This document shows positions 38,435-47,655 of a stretch of 64,000 nucleotides of DNA, piece after piece. The stretch's first letter is position 1; each line of letters opens with the position of its first letter. Both the position numbers and the translations under genes were made by a program. The DNA is from a virus (taxonomy: Duplodnaviria > Caudoviricetes), in IMG/VR virus record IMGVR_UViG_3300033072_001097, positions 28,537-92,536 of that record; one strand, 5' to 3'. Under the pieces are notes generated by a model. It saw only the letters and a program-made list of their open reading frames with translations, did not search any database and was not told the DNA's origin.

Positions 38435-39379
38435 ATGAAAATTCTAATATGTCATCGTCCTGGTGGAGCTTTTGGTTATATTAGCGACAGTTGGATTAAT
38501 TGCCTACACGATAGGGGGCATGTTGTCCAACGATGGGATGGCCAGCTATCTTCATGGCAAGATTTCGACCCAGACGTATACATTGGTTGCTCTGGTCATA
38601 AGCAACCTATCCCTAAGCCGCGAAGAGCGAAAATTGCCATCCATGTTAATCCGTGGGGGCCGGTCAAAATAGATGGTATCAACGAATCAGAAGCCAATAT
38701 TCAATGGACGTTGGATAAAAAACCAGATGCTGTCTTTGGTTATGGATTCGAATCTGATAGGTTATTGTGGAGCTATTGGACAGAGAAAGCTGGAATCCCG
38801 TGGGTACCTATGCCCACAGCCGCCGACAAAGTGATCTATCAATATCGAGTAGATCGCACGCAACGTCCTTTGGATATAGTATATCTTGGTGGACGTTGGA
38901 CTTACAAAGCTTTAACCATCGACAAGTTTTTATTCCCGGTACTCAAAGCCTGTTCCTACCAATTACATGGTTGGGGCGATTGGCCCAACAACGTCTGCTC
39001 TGGGGTGTTGCCCGAAGACCAAGTTACCAACTTTTTCAACACTGGGAAGATTGGACCGTGTATCTCTGAACAGCACACTCAACGATATGGTATAGATATT
39101 CCAGAGCGAGCGTTCAAGGTTTCTCTGTGCGGTTGTTTGATCGTGCATGATCCGGTACCAAGATTGGATGCTATTATTCCTGGTGTGGTGGTGGCGAGAG
39201 ATCAGAATGATTATCTCGAGAAATGCTTGTATTATATTCGTAATGAAGCGGAACGGATTCAATTGGCGGAGCAACAGCGGCAACAAGTGTTGAATAACCA
39301 CACCTATCATCATCGGATGCGTGGCCTGTTGTCTGTGCTGGGTTTTGCAGAACAAGCACAGGATATGTTAGATGACTGA
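38435..39379 (+). CDS. GT-B glycosyltransferase (CgeB-like)
   Basis: DIVYLGG, LHGWG, ERAFKV, YYIRN..ER..LAE...VLNNHTYHHRM. Confidence 0.85.
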   Translation: MKILICHRPGGAFGYISDSWINCLHDRGHVVQRWDGQLSSWQDFDPDVYIGCSGHKQPIPKPRRAKIAIHVNPWGPVKIDGINESEANIQWTLDKKPDAVFGYGFESDRLLWSYWTEKAGIPWVPMPTAADKVIYQYRVDRTQRPLDIVYLGGRWTYKALTIDKFLFPVLKACSYQLHGWGDWPNNVCSGVLPEDQVTNFFNTGKIGPCISEQHTQRYGIDIPERAFKVSLCGCLIVHDPVPRLDAIIPGVVVARDQNDYLEKCLYYIRNEAERIQLAEQQRQQVLNNHTYHHRMRGLLSVLGFAEQAQDMLDD

Positions 39380-39572
39380 ATTCGACGATGTCTATGAGTT
39401 ATTTTATAATAAGCTAAACGCTGTTTGTGCTGTGCATCTTGGATATGTTAATGGTCGATGGTTTAATGAGATCACAGTAACTGGCCAAGCACCTGGGGAA
39501 GATATTTGTGCGACTATCGCTAGACATTTATGTGATGCTTTGACTAATCATGGCGTTGTTAATAAACGATAA
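39372..39572 (+). CDS. Small hypothetical protein
   Basis: 66-aa coupled ORF. Confidence 0.5.
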   Translation: MTEFDDVYELFYNKLNAVCAVHLGYVNGRWFNEITVTGQAPGEDICATIARHLCDALTNHGVVNKR

Positions 39573-40188
39573 TGCAGTTTATCTGCACATTCCAAAAACC
39601 GGCGGGACGTGGTTCCGCCATGCTATGCAAGCCAGTGGGATCAGATATACAGAGATTGGTGAGCAGCATAATCATTTTCCACTTATCTCGGATTTTATGC
39701 CACCCAGATTTTATGATGATAAGTTCATCTTCACGTTTGTTCGCCATCCGCTGACTTGGTATCAATCACGATGGGCCTTCCGCGTGCAGCATGGGTGGCA
39801 TATGGACCACCCTTTTGATTTCAATTGTGCATCGAACGATTTCCACGATTTTTTACAACGAGTGTTGCTCTTCCAACCAACTGGTTGGTTGAATTATATC
39901 TATGGTTTGTATATTGATAATACGCCACATCAAATCGATTATGTGGGGCGTATTGAGACATTAGTAGATGATGCTGTGGGCATTTTGAAAACGATAGGTG
40001 TGCGTTTTGATGAGCGTAAATTTAGAGCCACCCCTCGCGTTAATGAATCCGTTTTAGATGGTAGGACTTCTGGATATTGGGCAAAGTATACACCCGAGTT
40101 GTTGAAACGGATTTTAGATGCTGAGAAGACAGTGCTTAGCAGATTCTATACTCATAATTTTATTGATCTGGATAAATTCTTATGTTAG
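39550..40188 (+). CDS. Sulfotransferase family 2 protein
   Basis: 5'-PSB motif YLHIPKTGGT, 3'-PB motif FTFVRHPLTWYQS, DYVGRIETL. Confidence 0.85.
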   Translation: MALLINDNAVYLHIPKTGGTWFRHAMQASGIRYTEIGEQHNHFPLISDFMPPRFYDDKFIFTFVRHPLTWYQSRWAFRVQHGWHMDHPFDFNCASNDFHDFLQRVLLFQPTGWLNYIYGLYIDNTPHQIDYVGRIETLVDDAVGILKTIGVRFDERKFRATPRVNESVLDGRTSGYWAKYTPELLKRILDAEKTVLSRFYTHNFIDLDKFLC

Positions 40189-40661
40189 AACGAATCGGAA
40201 ATATTTGGGATCATCATGCCGAAGGTGGTTGGATTGTTATAACCACTAATATCGGTTGGAAGAAAGATGGTTCTAACCCGATGGGTGCCGGGATTGCTAA
40301 GGCAGCGGCTGAAAAATATCCAAATTTACCCGTGTGGTATGGTAAGTTCTGCCAGAAATATGGTGCGGATATGGCTGTTAGACCATATGCAGAAGGAAGA
40401 TTGTTCTTATTCCCTACTAAACCGCTTGCAGAACAGCCGTGGCTCTCATGGAAGAATGACGCTTGTTTGGATTTGATTCGTCGTTCTGCCCTTCAGCTGT
40501 CTACGTTGATCGACATTCTAGGGAGAGAAGTCTATATAAAGCCGGTAGGTGTACCTATGGTTGGATGCCAAAATGGGCATTTACGACCGAAGCAGGTTTT
40601 ACCGATACTACGTAGATATTTAGATGACAGATTCGTTTTATTTGAATCTAAAAATTCGTAA
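40182..40661 (+). CDS. Macrodomain (ADP-ribose-binding/hydrolase) protein
   Basis: GNIW, IVITTN, MGAGIAKAAAEKYP, FLFPTK, PMVGCQNG. Confidence 0.85.
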   Translation: MLERIGNIWDHHAEGGWIVITTNIGWKKDGSNPMGAGIAKAAAEKYPNLPVWYGKFCQKYGADMAVRPYAEGRLFLFPTKPLAEQPWLSWKNDACLDLIRRSALQLSTLIDILGREVYIKPVGVPMVGCQNGHLRPKQVLPILRRYLDDRFVLFESKNS

Positions 40662-40872
40662 ACGTAATCAGTCTCTTGCGACGCAATTGTTCCAATTGCC
40701 CCAGGTCTACCCGCGAAGTCTCAATCGTAAGTTGGGCACCAGGCGCGATAGATGTTTGTTCGGCTAGTAATGCCGTGAGATCAGAAGCGGGGTCCGCTTT
40801 GGCTAAGGTAGTCGATCCCACAAGAATCGGAATTATTTGATTGGACGTGTTTGTGATGGTGGTTGTCGCCAT
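40648..40872 (-). CDS. Small hypothetical protein (possibly virion)
   Basis: AAGGGAG RBS; preceded by CAAAATTAGT. Confidence 0.65.
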   Translation of the reverse strand: MATTTITNTSNQIIPILVGSTTLAKADPASDLTALLAEQTSIAPGAQLTIETSRVDLGQLEQLRRKRLITFTNF

Positions 40873-40902
40873 GTGAAGTCTCCCTTTACACTAATTTTGC
40901 CG

Positions 40903-41739
40903 ATGGTTGATTTTTCAGTAGTGTGTTGTATCTCTAAACCAGAGATATTCGATCAATGCTTGTTGAAGTCTGTGTACACCCAAAGAGGTAATTTGAATGT
41001 TGAGATAATACCAATTATCAATAACACCAATTTATATTCTGCTAGTCTAGCCTTGAACGTTGGTTTGAATGTATCGAGATCCAACAATGTTATTCTTGCC
41101 CACCAAGATGTTATGTTGCTTGACGGCTGGTTTGAGCGACTAGCCAGGTATATTGAACAGGCGGAGAAATGGGCGATTATCGGTGCTGCTGGGATATCTC
41201 TAGATTTTTCCAGAGCTGATATTGGTAAGTGGGGTGGGGCACTATATCGGGATACTGTAGCTGTTGGTACTGTTTGGAACGACGATGATTTAGAAGTGCC
41301 ACCATATTGGGATGGAATCAAGCCTTTAACACGTGTGCATTGTGTAGACGAATGCGTGTTTGTGTTGAATAAATCTGCTAATTTGCGATTTGATCCGCAT
41401 TTTAATGGTTTTCATTTTTACGGTTCAGATATTTGTTTACAGGCTCGTTTCGCCGGTTACAACGTATATGCGGCAGATCTACCGATAATTCATTTTGGTC
41501 GTTATTCAGCGAGTATGCTGGGTGAATCTCGTTATTGGTATTTCATGCGATTGTTGCATGCTAAATGGTGTAAGAGTTTCCCAGAATTTCTTGGTACTCA
41601 TATGCATTGGGCTAAAGATGGCTTGACTAGTTATATCCCATCGTCCTTAGAGGCCCAAGATGGTACGCAGATAACAATTAAGTCGATGGGAATTAAAGAG
41701 GCACGATTGTCCACTGATAAGGATCGGAGTGTGGAGTGA
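40903..41739 (+). CDS. GT2-like glycosyltransferase
   Basis: ILAHQDV, IIGAAG, VHCVDEC, RFD..FNGFHFYGSDICLQA. Confidence 0.8.
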   Translation: MVDFSVVCCISKPEIFDQCLLKSVYTQRGNLNVEIIPIINNTNLYSASLALNVGLNVSRSNNVILAHQDVMLLDGWFERLARYIEQAEKWAIIGAAGISLDFSRADIGKWGGALYRDTVAVGTVWNDDDLEVPPYWDGIKPLTRVHCVDECVFVLNKSANLRFDPHFNGFHFYGSDICLQARFAGYNVYAADLPIIHFGRYSASMLGESRYWYFMRLLHAKWCKSFPEFLGTHMHWAKDGLTSYIPSSLEAQDGTQITIKSMGIKEARLSTDKDRSVE

Positions 41740-42542
41740 TGCGAGCAATTATTCTATATCATCCACAATCTGCTGTTTTGTTGACGAACGATATGTTCGA
41801 TGATCGTATCCGTCCTGTCCGTATAGCCTGTGGCACCACTAAGGCGGAAGGGGCTGATTTATTCGAAGCGAATGATTTCTTCCCAACTTATGCTTCATGG
41901 AATTCGTGTCTGTTTGAGACTTCGGTGATTTTGACTGTATGGGAACATGCTGATCAATTGATTGAGGATGATCATGTTGTGGTGATGCATTCCGATATTG
42001 AATTGCATATGGATTGTGTTGATACCTGGACGCGGATTATTGATTTAGCAGCGGAGGGTAAATCTGTCGGTATTACGGCTCCGATTCGTTTTCGTAGTAT
42101 GTGGGCGGAATGGTTAGTGCCATCAGACGCGATGTGTACGCCGGAACACGATCCGTTCTATCGGCATGCTTTCGACAATAAGATCCATGTGTGGGATTAT
42201 ATTAAGAAATATGATCCAGATATTTATGATTTTGCCATGAGTGTACAGCCGAAGCTAATTTACTCCCATCAATTTGCCTGTTCTCGTGGTTTATTCGACA
42301 TTCTTGGTCAAAAGTTGTTTCATATCGCTAGTAGATTGCGGTTGCGTGATATAGGCTTTTGGACGCCGCATATGTTTGAAAGATTGATCGCGTTATATCT
42401 TGCGATGTATTCTGAACCGGTTTTGACGACTGCTTTTTGGCATTTTGCATCGTCAGGTGTGTCTGGCCCAGGTGAGCAGAGCCTATATGGACCGCGTCCG
42501 TTGAAATTTTATAAAATTATGTCTAGACACAACTCTGCATGA
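41736..42542 (+). CDS. Putative glycosyltransferase-like protein
   Basis: MHSDI (DxD-like) and HMFERL; lies in the glycan cluster. Confidence 0.45.
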   Translation: MMRAIILYHPQSAVLLTNDMFDDRIRPVRIACGTTKAEGADLFEANDFFPTYASWNSCLFETSVILTVWEHADQLIEDDHVVVMHSDIELHMDCVDTWTRIIDLAAEGKSVGITAPIRFRSMWAEWLVPSDAMCTPEHDPFYRHAFDNKIHVWDYIKKYDPDIYDFAMSVQPKLIYSHQFACSRGLFDILGQKLFHIASRLRLRDIGFWTPHMFERLIALYLAMYSEPVLTTAFWHFASSGVSGPGEQSLYGPRPLKFYKIMSRHNSA

Positions 42543-42831
42543 GCGATATGAATGCTACTTCGATTGATTCGAAGAATTGTGGGTCTAGATCGTCGAATGA
42601 TGATATGCCGTCGTTGAAATCAGTTGGCATATACATGTGAATCACTTTGTTGTCCCAGTCTAGGATACATGGGTCTATTCTAGCTTCTGTTCCGAATTCT
42701 ACTTCTGGGACTATCTTATCTGGCTTTCGTTGGACTATCGCGTACATATAGGCGTCAAAATGTTGTATTTGCGGCGGGACGGCCCGCAAAAAGCAACTGG
42801 TTACTCGTCTTGTTTCTGTAATAATCTTCAT
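42523..42831 (-). CDS. Hypothetical protein
   Basis: 102-aa ORF. Confidence 0.55.
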   Translation of the reverse strand: MKIITETRRVTSCFLRAVPPQIQHFDAYMYAIVQRKPDKIVPEVEFGTEARIDPCILDWDNKVIHMYMPTDFNDGISSFDDLDPQFFESIEVAFISLMQSCV

Positions 42832-42845
42832 ACTATACGTACGGG

Positions 42846-43262
42846 ATGAATATGACAGACCTTCAAATCGAAGTGGCCCGCAAAGCGTTAGAACTACATA
42901 TCGAATGTAGCCGTATTACGGAGCAATTGGAGAAGAAAAAAGATGAATTGCGGCAATTGGCGGGCGGAAAGAAATTAAATATTGTTGTAGATGGTTTGGG
43001 AAAGATTGACGTTACGGAGCCTCGTGCGGGTTCGGTAGAGCCGATCGTTAGCATCGTTGAAGAAAAGCTTCTCAAATCCCCAGAGTTAAGGCAAAGATTA
43101 ATAAGCATAGGCATAGCCAAAGAGGTCTTGGTTGTGGACCATGCTAAACTCGGTGAGATGCCAGAATTGAAGCAGAAATTGATGGATAAAGGCATCGTCT
43201 GCGAAGAAATGAAGAAGGTGTCTGCTGCAAAAGCATCTGTTCGCATCCAACCCAATGTTTAG
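42846..43262 (+). CDS. Hypothetical protein with internal repeat
   Basis: EKLLKSPELRQRLISIGI and AKLGEMPELKQKLMDKGI form a tandem duplication. Confidence 0.65.
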   Translation: MNMTDLQIEVARKALELHIECSRITEQLEKKKDELRQLAGGKKLNIVVDGLGKIDVTEPRAGSVEPIVSIVEEKLLKSPELRQRLISIGIAKEVLVVDHAKLGEMPELKQKLMDKGIVCEEMKKVSAAKASVRIQPNV

Positions 43263-43273
43263 TAGATAAAAGT

Positions 43274-43960
43274 ATGTTTGGCGAAGCTAGTGCGATAGAT
43301 CGATTGAGAGAGCAACTCAACACAATCATTGGTGAGTTGAGCGAATCTACGTCGGTTGCGGTAGAGAAATTGCGGATAGATTTGGCAAAAGAGATTATTT
43401 TGCCGATTCCGGAAGCAATCAACCAACTTCGGGAAGAAGTTGTGACCGCTATCGACGGATCAGCGGCATCACGAGATGCGCATCTTGTGATGCTGATAGA
43501 GTCGTTGAATACTATCAATTCGACCTTGAAACGTTTCTTCAAACCACAAGACCCAAAACCGGTAAAACTAGTTATTACAGGAGAGTCAGAAATGGCGAAC
43601 ATGCTTGGTTTCAAGATTGTGCTCCCGACATTGCCGCCCGAGCCCAATGATATCGTCAGTGGCGAATTGACGGTTCAAGTTGGTGCCGGTGAGGCCGCCG
43701 TCGTAGCCACTACCAAAGAACAGACGGAAGTCGTCGATTTGGCTGGTGAAGAAGGCGCGACCGTGAATGTTTCGTACGTGTACGTCGATAACGCTGGCAA
43801 TCGTTCCGAGACGGCTAGCACGTTGTCGGTGGTGCTCGTCGATACGATCGCTCCGGCAGTGCCTGGTGTGCTGGGCGTGGTTGTGACGTCTGAGTTCACG
43901 ACTGAAGATCCGGCTCCGCCGGAAGAGCCGCCAGCTCCGCCGGAAGAGCCGGTTGTCTAA
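43274..43960 (+). CDS. Helical N-terminus plus Ig/fibronectin-like C-terminal domain
   Basis: YVDNAGNRSE...DTIAPAVP is typical of FN3/Ig-like modules; ends in PAPPEEP x2; possible internal start at about 43592. Confidence 0.6.
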   Translation: MFGEASAIDRLREQLNTIIGELSESTSVAVEKLRIDLAKEIILPIPEAINQLREEVVTAIDGSAASRDAHLVMLIESLNTINSTLKRFFKPQDPKPVKLVITGESEMANMLGFKIVLPTLPPEPNDIVSGELTVQVGAGEAAVVATTKEQTEVVDLAGEEGATVNVSYVYVDNAGNRSETASTLSVVLVDTIAPAVPGVLGVVVTSEFTTEDPAPPEEPPAPPEEPVV

Positions 43961-43993
43961 ATATGGAAGTGTTGAGACTCTTTATTGAGTCTC

Positions 43994-44107
43994 GGCCCAC
44001 CATAGCTCAGCCGAAAGGAGCCAACCATTGGGTATTACCCAATGGGGGTAGTCCAGAGCGTCAGGCGGAAGCTTGGAGGGCGTGGATGCAAACTCCACTG
44101 GTGGCCA
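43994..44107 (+). ncRNA. Atypical tRNA-like RNA
   Basis: Acceptor CCACCA/TGGTGG ending in CCA; TA plus D-arm GCTC-AGCCGAAAG-GAGC; long anticodon-position hairpin CCATTGGGT/ACCCAATGG; large variable arm; T-arm GTGGA-TGCAAAC-TCCAC. Confidence 0.62.
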
Positions 44108-44108
44108 G

Positions 44109-44141
44109 CAGAAAGAGCGGGATCTAATCCCGCTCTTTCTG
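44109..44141. terminator. Perfect 15-bp hairpin, probable terminator or processing signal
   Basis: CAGAAAGAGCGGGAT-CTA-ATCCCGCTCTTTCTG. Confidence 0.65.
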
Positions 44142-44230
44142 TATATGGATTTAACGGAACGACTCCTTTTGTAACATTCTATTGCAAAGTATTTAAAAAC
44201 TGGCAATAACTGTTCCAAAGGAGATCACCA

Positions 44231-46420
44231 ATGCTCAAATCCGCCGCTGATATTATCAAGACAGCCCGCAAAAACCCCGATGGGTTTGCTAATACTATCG
44301 AATCGCTAAGTGTCGATGAACTGCGCCAACTGATCGATAAAGCTGATATCGCCTACTATCGCCCCGGTGTCCAGCCCATCCTGACAGATGCCGAATATGA
44401 CTTGTTGCGTCCGGCTCTCAAAGAATTGGCCCCGGACGACCCCCGCATCGCCAGAGTTGGTTCGCCGTATAGCGAAACCGAACTCCGCACCAAAGTCAAG
44501 CACGCTATCCCTATGGGTTCTCTCGACAACACTGATGATGGCATTTTGGGGTTCTTACCGTGGTATCAATCGGTTCAAGAACAAGTTGTTGCCAACACCT
44601 TGGTGGAACAGCGAAAGCATTATACAGTCCCGATTATGGCGTCTCTGAAAGTCGATGGAGGCTCCATTCTGGCCGACTATGTTAATGGTGTCCTGACGCG
44701 CGTGGCTACCCGTGGAAACGGAGAAGTTGGCGAAAACATTACCGCCAACGCGGCTAGTTTTCACGGTTTGCCGACAATGCTCCCCAAACCAGTGAGCATG
44801 AGTGTACGTGGCGAAGCCATCTTGTATAAATCAGATTTTCAGATCATTTGTGAACGTGAACATGGTGTCCCATTTGGCCAAATCGACACAAAAGCTATCA
44901 GCAATCCACGTAATGTCGGCAATGGCATTCTGGGACGTGACGACGGTATGGATTGTGACAAGATTCACTTCATCGTATTCAATGTCGAATTTTGGGATGG
45001 TCACGAGGGATTAGAATTCGACACTGAGCAAGCGAAATTTGATACTCTCAAAGACCTCGGCTTCAAACCTGTGCCACACAAATTATGCAGCACTGTCGAT
45101 GAATTGAACGACTTCTACAATAGTGTAGCCAACGGTCGCGATGATCTCCCTTTCGAGATCGATGGTGTAGTCGTCTGTTTGAATCGGATCTACGATCAAA
45201 AGATTTTTGTCACTGATGATATCAAAACGCGATTACGACCAAAATACGCCAGAGCTATCAAATTCCCACATAAATCCAACACGACTGTCATCAAGGAAGT
45301 TTTGCTGACTGTTGGGCACACCGGATCGATTATCCCCACCGCTGTATTCGAGGAAGTGCGGATCGGTGGTGTGAACGTCACACATGCCCTTTTGAATAAT
45401 TGGGATGAAATCGAGAGATTGGGGATTGCGGTCGGAGACGAAGTAGAAGTAGTGCTGGCTGGTGATATCATCCCGAAAGTGATTCGATTGGTGTCGAAAG
45501 GTTCCTCACGGCAACCGATCGCGGAACCTTCTCGTTGCCCATCATGTGGCGAACCGACCACTCGCAACTATCGCGGCAAAAAGGGTGCTGTGACATATTG
45601 TGCGAACCCACGTAATTGTTCGGCAGCCAAATTTGCTAAAATTTCGCATTGGGTGGGTGGCTCCAAGAAGGGCGTGGGTATTCTGGGGATCGGTGATACG
45701 ATTTTGAAGGCGTTGTGGGATAACGGTATCATCAACGATCCGTCTGATTTGTATACGCTAACTGTCGAACAGATTCAAGACGTTGTGTTGGATGGTGGAG
45801 TTCGAATTGGCACTTCTCGAGCGACCGAGATTGTGAAGAATATCCAAGGAAAGAAAAAATTGGCTTTACACACTTTCCTTGGCTCACTGGGTATCGATTT
45901 GCTTGGTCGTCGTCGGGTACAACTACTGCGGAAAGAGGCGAACGGGCAGTTGGATCGTTTAGAAGATTGGTTGGACGACAATAAACTGGCTACCATTCAG
46001 ATTCCTGGTCTGGGTGATACGATTCGTGACGCAATTCGGGCTGGTATTGATGAATACCGTCCGATGATTCAAGAGATGGTTCGGAAAGGCGTTACGATTG
46101 ATGGCGAGTCTTCGGAGCCCGCAACCACGGAAATCGCAGGAGAAGCCAAGGAAGAGCCCGGAAAGCCGTTGGTTGGTGTATCCTGCTGCTGGACTGGCAC
46201 TCGTGCTTATATCGATGAATTCGAGGCACAGGGTGGGACCGTCAAAAGTGGTATTTCCAAAGGTCTACATCTATTGGTCCAGAAAGATGCCACCAGCACA
46301 TCCAATAAGACTATGAAGGCGGAGAGTTTGGGTGTACGGATTATTTCTGTCGAAGCTTTGAAGAAATTGCTCGACGGGGAACTTACAATTACCGATTTGG
46401 GTATTGTTCTACAGGGTTAA
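44231..46420 (+). CDS. ligA: NAD-dependent DNA ligase
   Basis: AYY...TDAEYD, PMGSL, KVDG, TRGNGEVGENIT, VRGE, NPRN, EIDGVV, AGDIIPKV, CPSC zinc finger, HhH repeats, C-terminal BRCT. Confidence 0.96.
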   Translation: MLKSAADIIKTARKNPDGFANTIESLSVDELRQLIDKADIAYYRPGVQPILTDAEYDLLRPALKELAPDDPRIARVGSPYSETELRTKVKHAIPMGSLDNTDDGILGFLPWYQSVQEQVVANTLVEQRKHYTVPIMASLKVDGGSILADYVNGVLTRVATRGNGEVGENITANAASFHGLPTMLPKPVSMSVRGEAILYKSDFQIICEREHGVPFGQIDTKAISNPRNVGNGILGRDDGMDCDKIHFIVFNVEFWDGHEGLEFDTEQAKFDTLKDLGFKPVPHKLCSTVDELNDFYNSVANGRDDLPFEIDGVVVCLNRIYDQKIFVTDDIKTRLRPKYARAIKFPHKSNTTVIKEVLLTVGHTGSIIPTAVFEEVRIGGVNVTHALLNNWDEIERLGIAVGDEVEVVLAGDIIPKVIRLVSKGSSRQPIAEPSRCPSCGEPTTRNYRGKKGAVTYCANPRNCSAAKFAKISHWVGGSKKGVGILGIGDTILKALWDNGIINDPSDLYTLTVEQIQDVVLDGGVRIGTSRATEIVKNIQGKKKLALHTFLGSLGIDLLGRRRVQLLRKEANGQLDRLEDWLDDNKLATIQIPGLGDTIRDAIRAGIDEYRPMIQEMVRKGVTIDGESSEPATTEIAGEAKEEPGKPLVGVSCCWTGTRAYIDEFEAQGGTVKSGISKGLHLLVQKDATSTSNKTMKAESLGVRIISVEALKKLLDGELTITDLGIVLQG

Positions 46421-46423
46421 CCT

Positions 46424-46786
46424 GTGACCAAGCGGCTTTTCCAATTACGCTTAGATATTAGCGTGGTGTGTGGCTCAGAAGTGGTAAATGGGGTTGGTTT
46501 CACTATCCATGGAATGGAGTTTATCGTTGATCCGGCCCCTGGGGATATTCTCTATATCGAAGATGCCCCTATCAAAGAATATCTCGTTGCACGCCGTTGC
46601 CATCTTATGAAATGGGAATCGGTGAAATTTTCTGATGCTCTGGTGGTCGCCACAGCCGAGATATCAATTGCATGTGCTGGTGGTCCAGAGTTTGTCGAGG
46701 CCAGTAGGAAGGTACGAGAGTGTTATCAATTCTTTGATGGCTGCTATGAATTAAAAGATAGCCTATGCCATCCAGCATTCTCGTAG
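46424..46786 (+). CDS. Hypothetical protein
   Basis: 120-aa ORF with GTG start just after ligA. Confidence 0.5.
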   Translation: MTKRLFQLRLDISVVCGSEVVNGVGFTIHGMEFIVDPAPGDILYIEDAPIKEYLVARRCHLMKWESVKFSDALVVATAEISIACAGGPEFVEASRKVRECYQFFDGCYELKDSLCHPAFS

Positions 46787-46845
46787 AGTAATTATTAGTA
46801 CGCCGTATAGAGCACGGCGGCTAAATATCCGAGGAGATTAGCACT

Positions 46846-46890
46846 ATGCAGAACCGTGCGTTGATTACAGGTATAACTGGCCAGAAATAA
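46846..46890 (+). pseudogene. gmd: Orphaned 5' end of gmd (MQNRALITGITGQK-stop)
   Basis: GAGGAG RBS at 46831. Encodes the canonical Gmd start ALITGITGQ and stops 3 nt before the endonuclease ATG. Confidence 0.8.
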
Positions 46891-46893
46891 AAT

Positions 46894-47655
46894 ATGGCGT
46901 CAGTTTCTGAGAAATTGGGGTTGGATGAAGCCGCATATAGCGATTTGTTGCATCAATTATATTGGGACCATGAATTATCGCAACGACAAATATCTTTGCG
47001 GCTTGGTGTCCACAGAACAACGATTGAACAACATTTTAAGAAATTTTCTATAGCAACACGTCCTTATACAGAATGTGATATCTGGCAACGAAAGATTTGT
47101 GAACTAACTGCCACGCAATTTGAGATTCTAGATGGGATGCTTTTGGCGGACGGGCACCTTGATTCTTCTCCCATTTCTGCCCGATTGACTTATGGGTGCA
47201 AATTTCGCGAAACATTATGTGACATTGCGGTTGTTTTTCCACAATTACACTTTAGTAATCTATGGTGTTCCAAGCATGATCACTGGCATTTTAAATCATC
47301 CTACTATCGTGATTTGAAACCTCAACACGATCGTTGGTACGTAAACAAGATCAAGCGTGTGCCTGTAGATATGCGACTTACACCTCTATCTTGTTATTGG
47401 TGGTTTGTGGGCGATGGGTATCAAGTAGACTACGGACTTTGTTTTTGCACAGATGTATATGATAGGGAATCTATTGAATGTCTTCGTTACAAATTTCATC
47501 TATTAGGTTTTGACACTTCTGTTACGCCATCGACCAATAGAATCAGAGTCAGAGGAAAATCAGCACCTCGCTTGTTAGAATGGATGCGCAATAACGTGGT
47601 CATCAGTGTGCAGTATTTATATAAATGGGGGTCGCATAGGCGACAATGCAAATGA
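46894..47655 (+). mobile_element. Free-standing LAGLIDADG homing endonuclease with N-terminal HTH
   Basis: LSQRQISLRLGVHRTTI (HTH); ILDGMLLADGHL and WWFVGDG LAGLIDADG motifs; FCTD. Confidence 0.88.

Noticed and set aside
43982-44218. 78-aa minus-strand ORF
   Set aside because: It lies antisense to the tRNA-like RNA and hairpins and shows no protein-like features.
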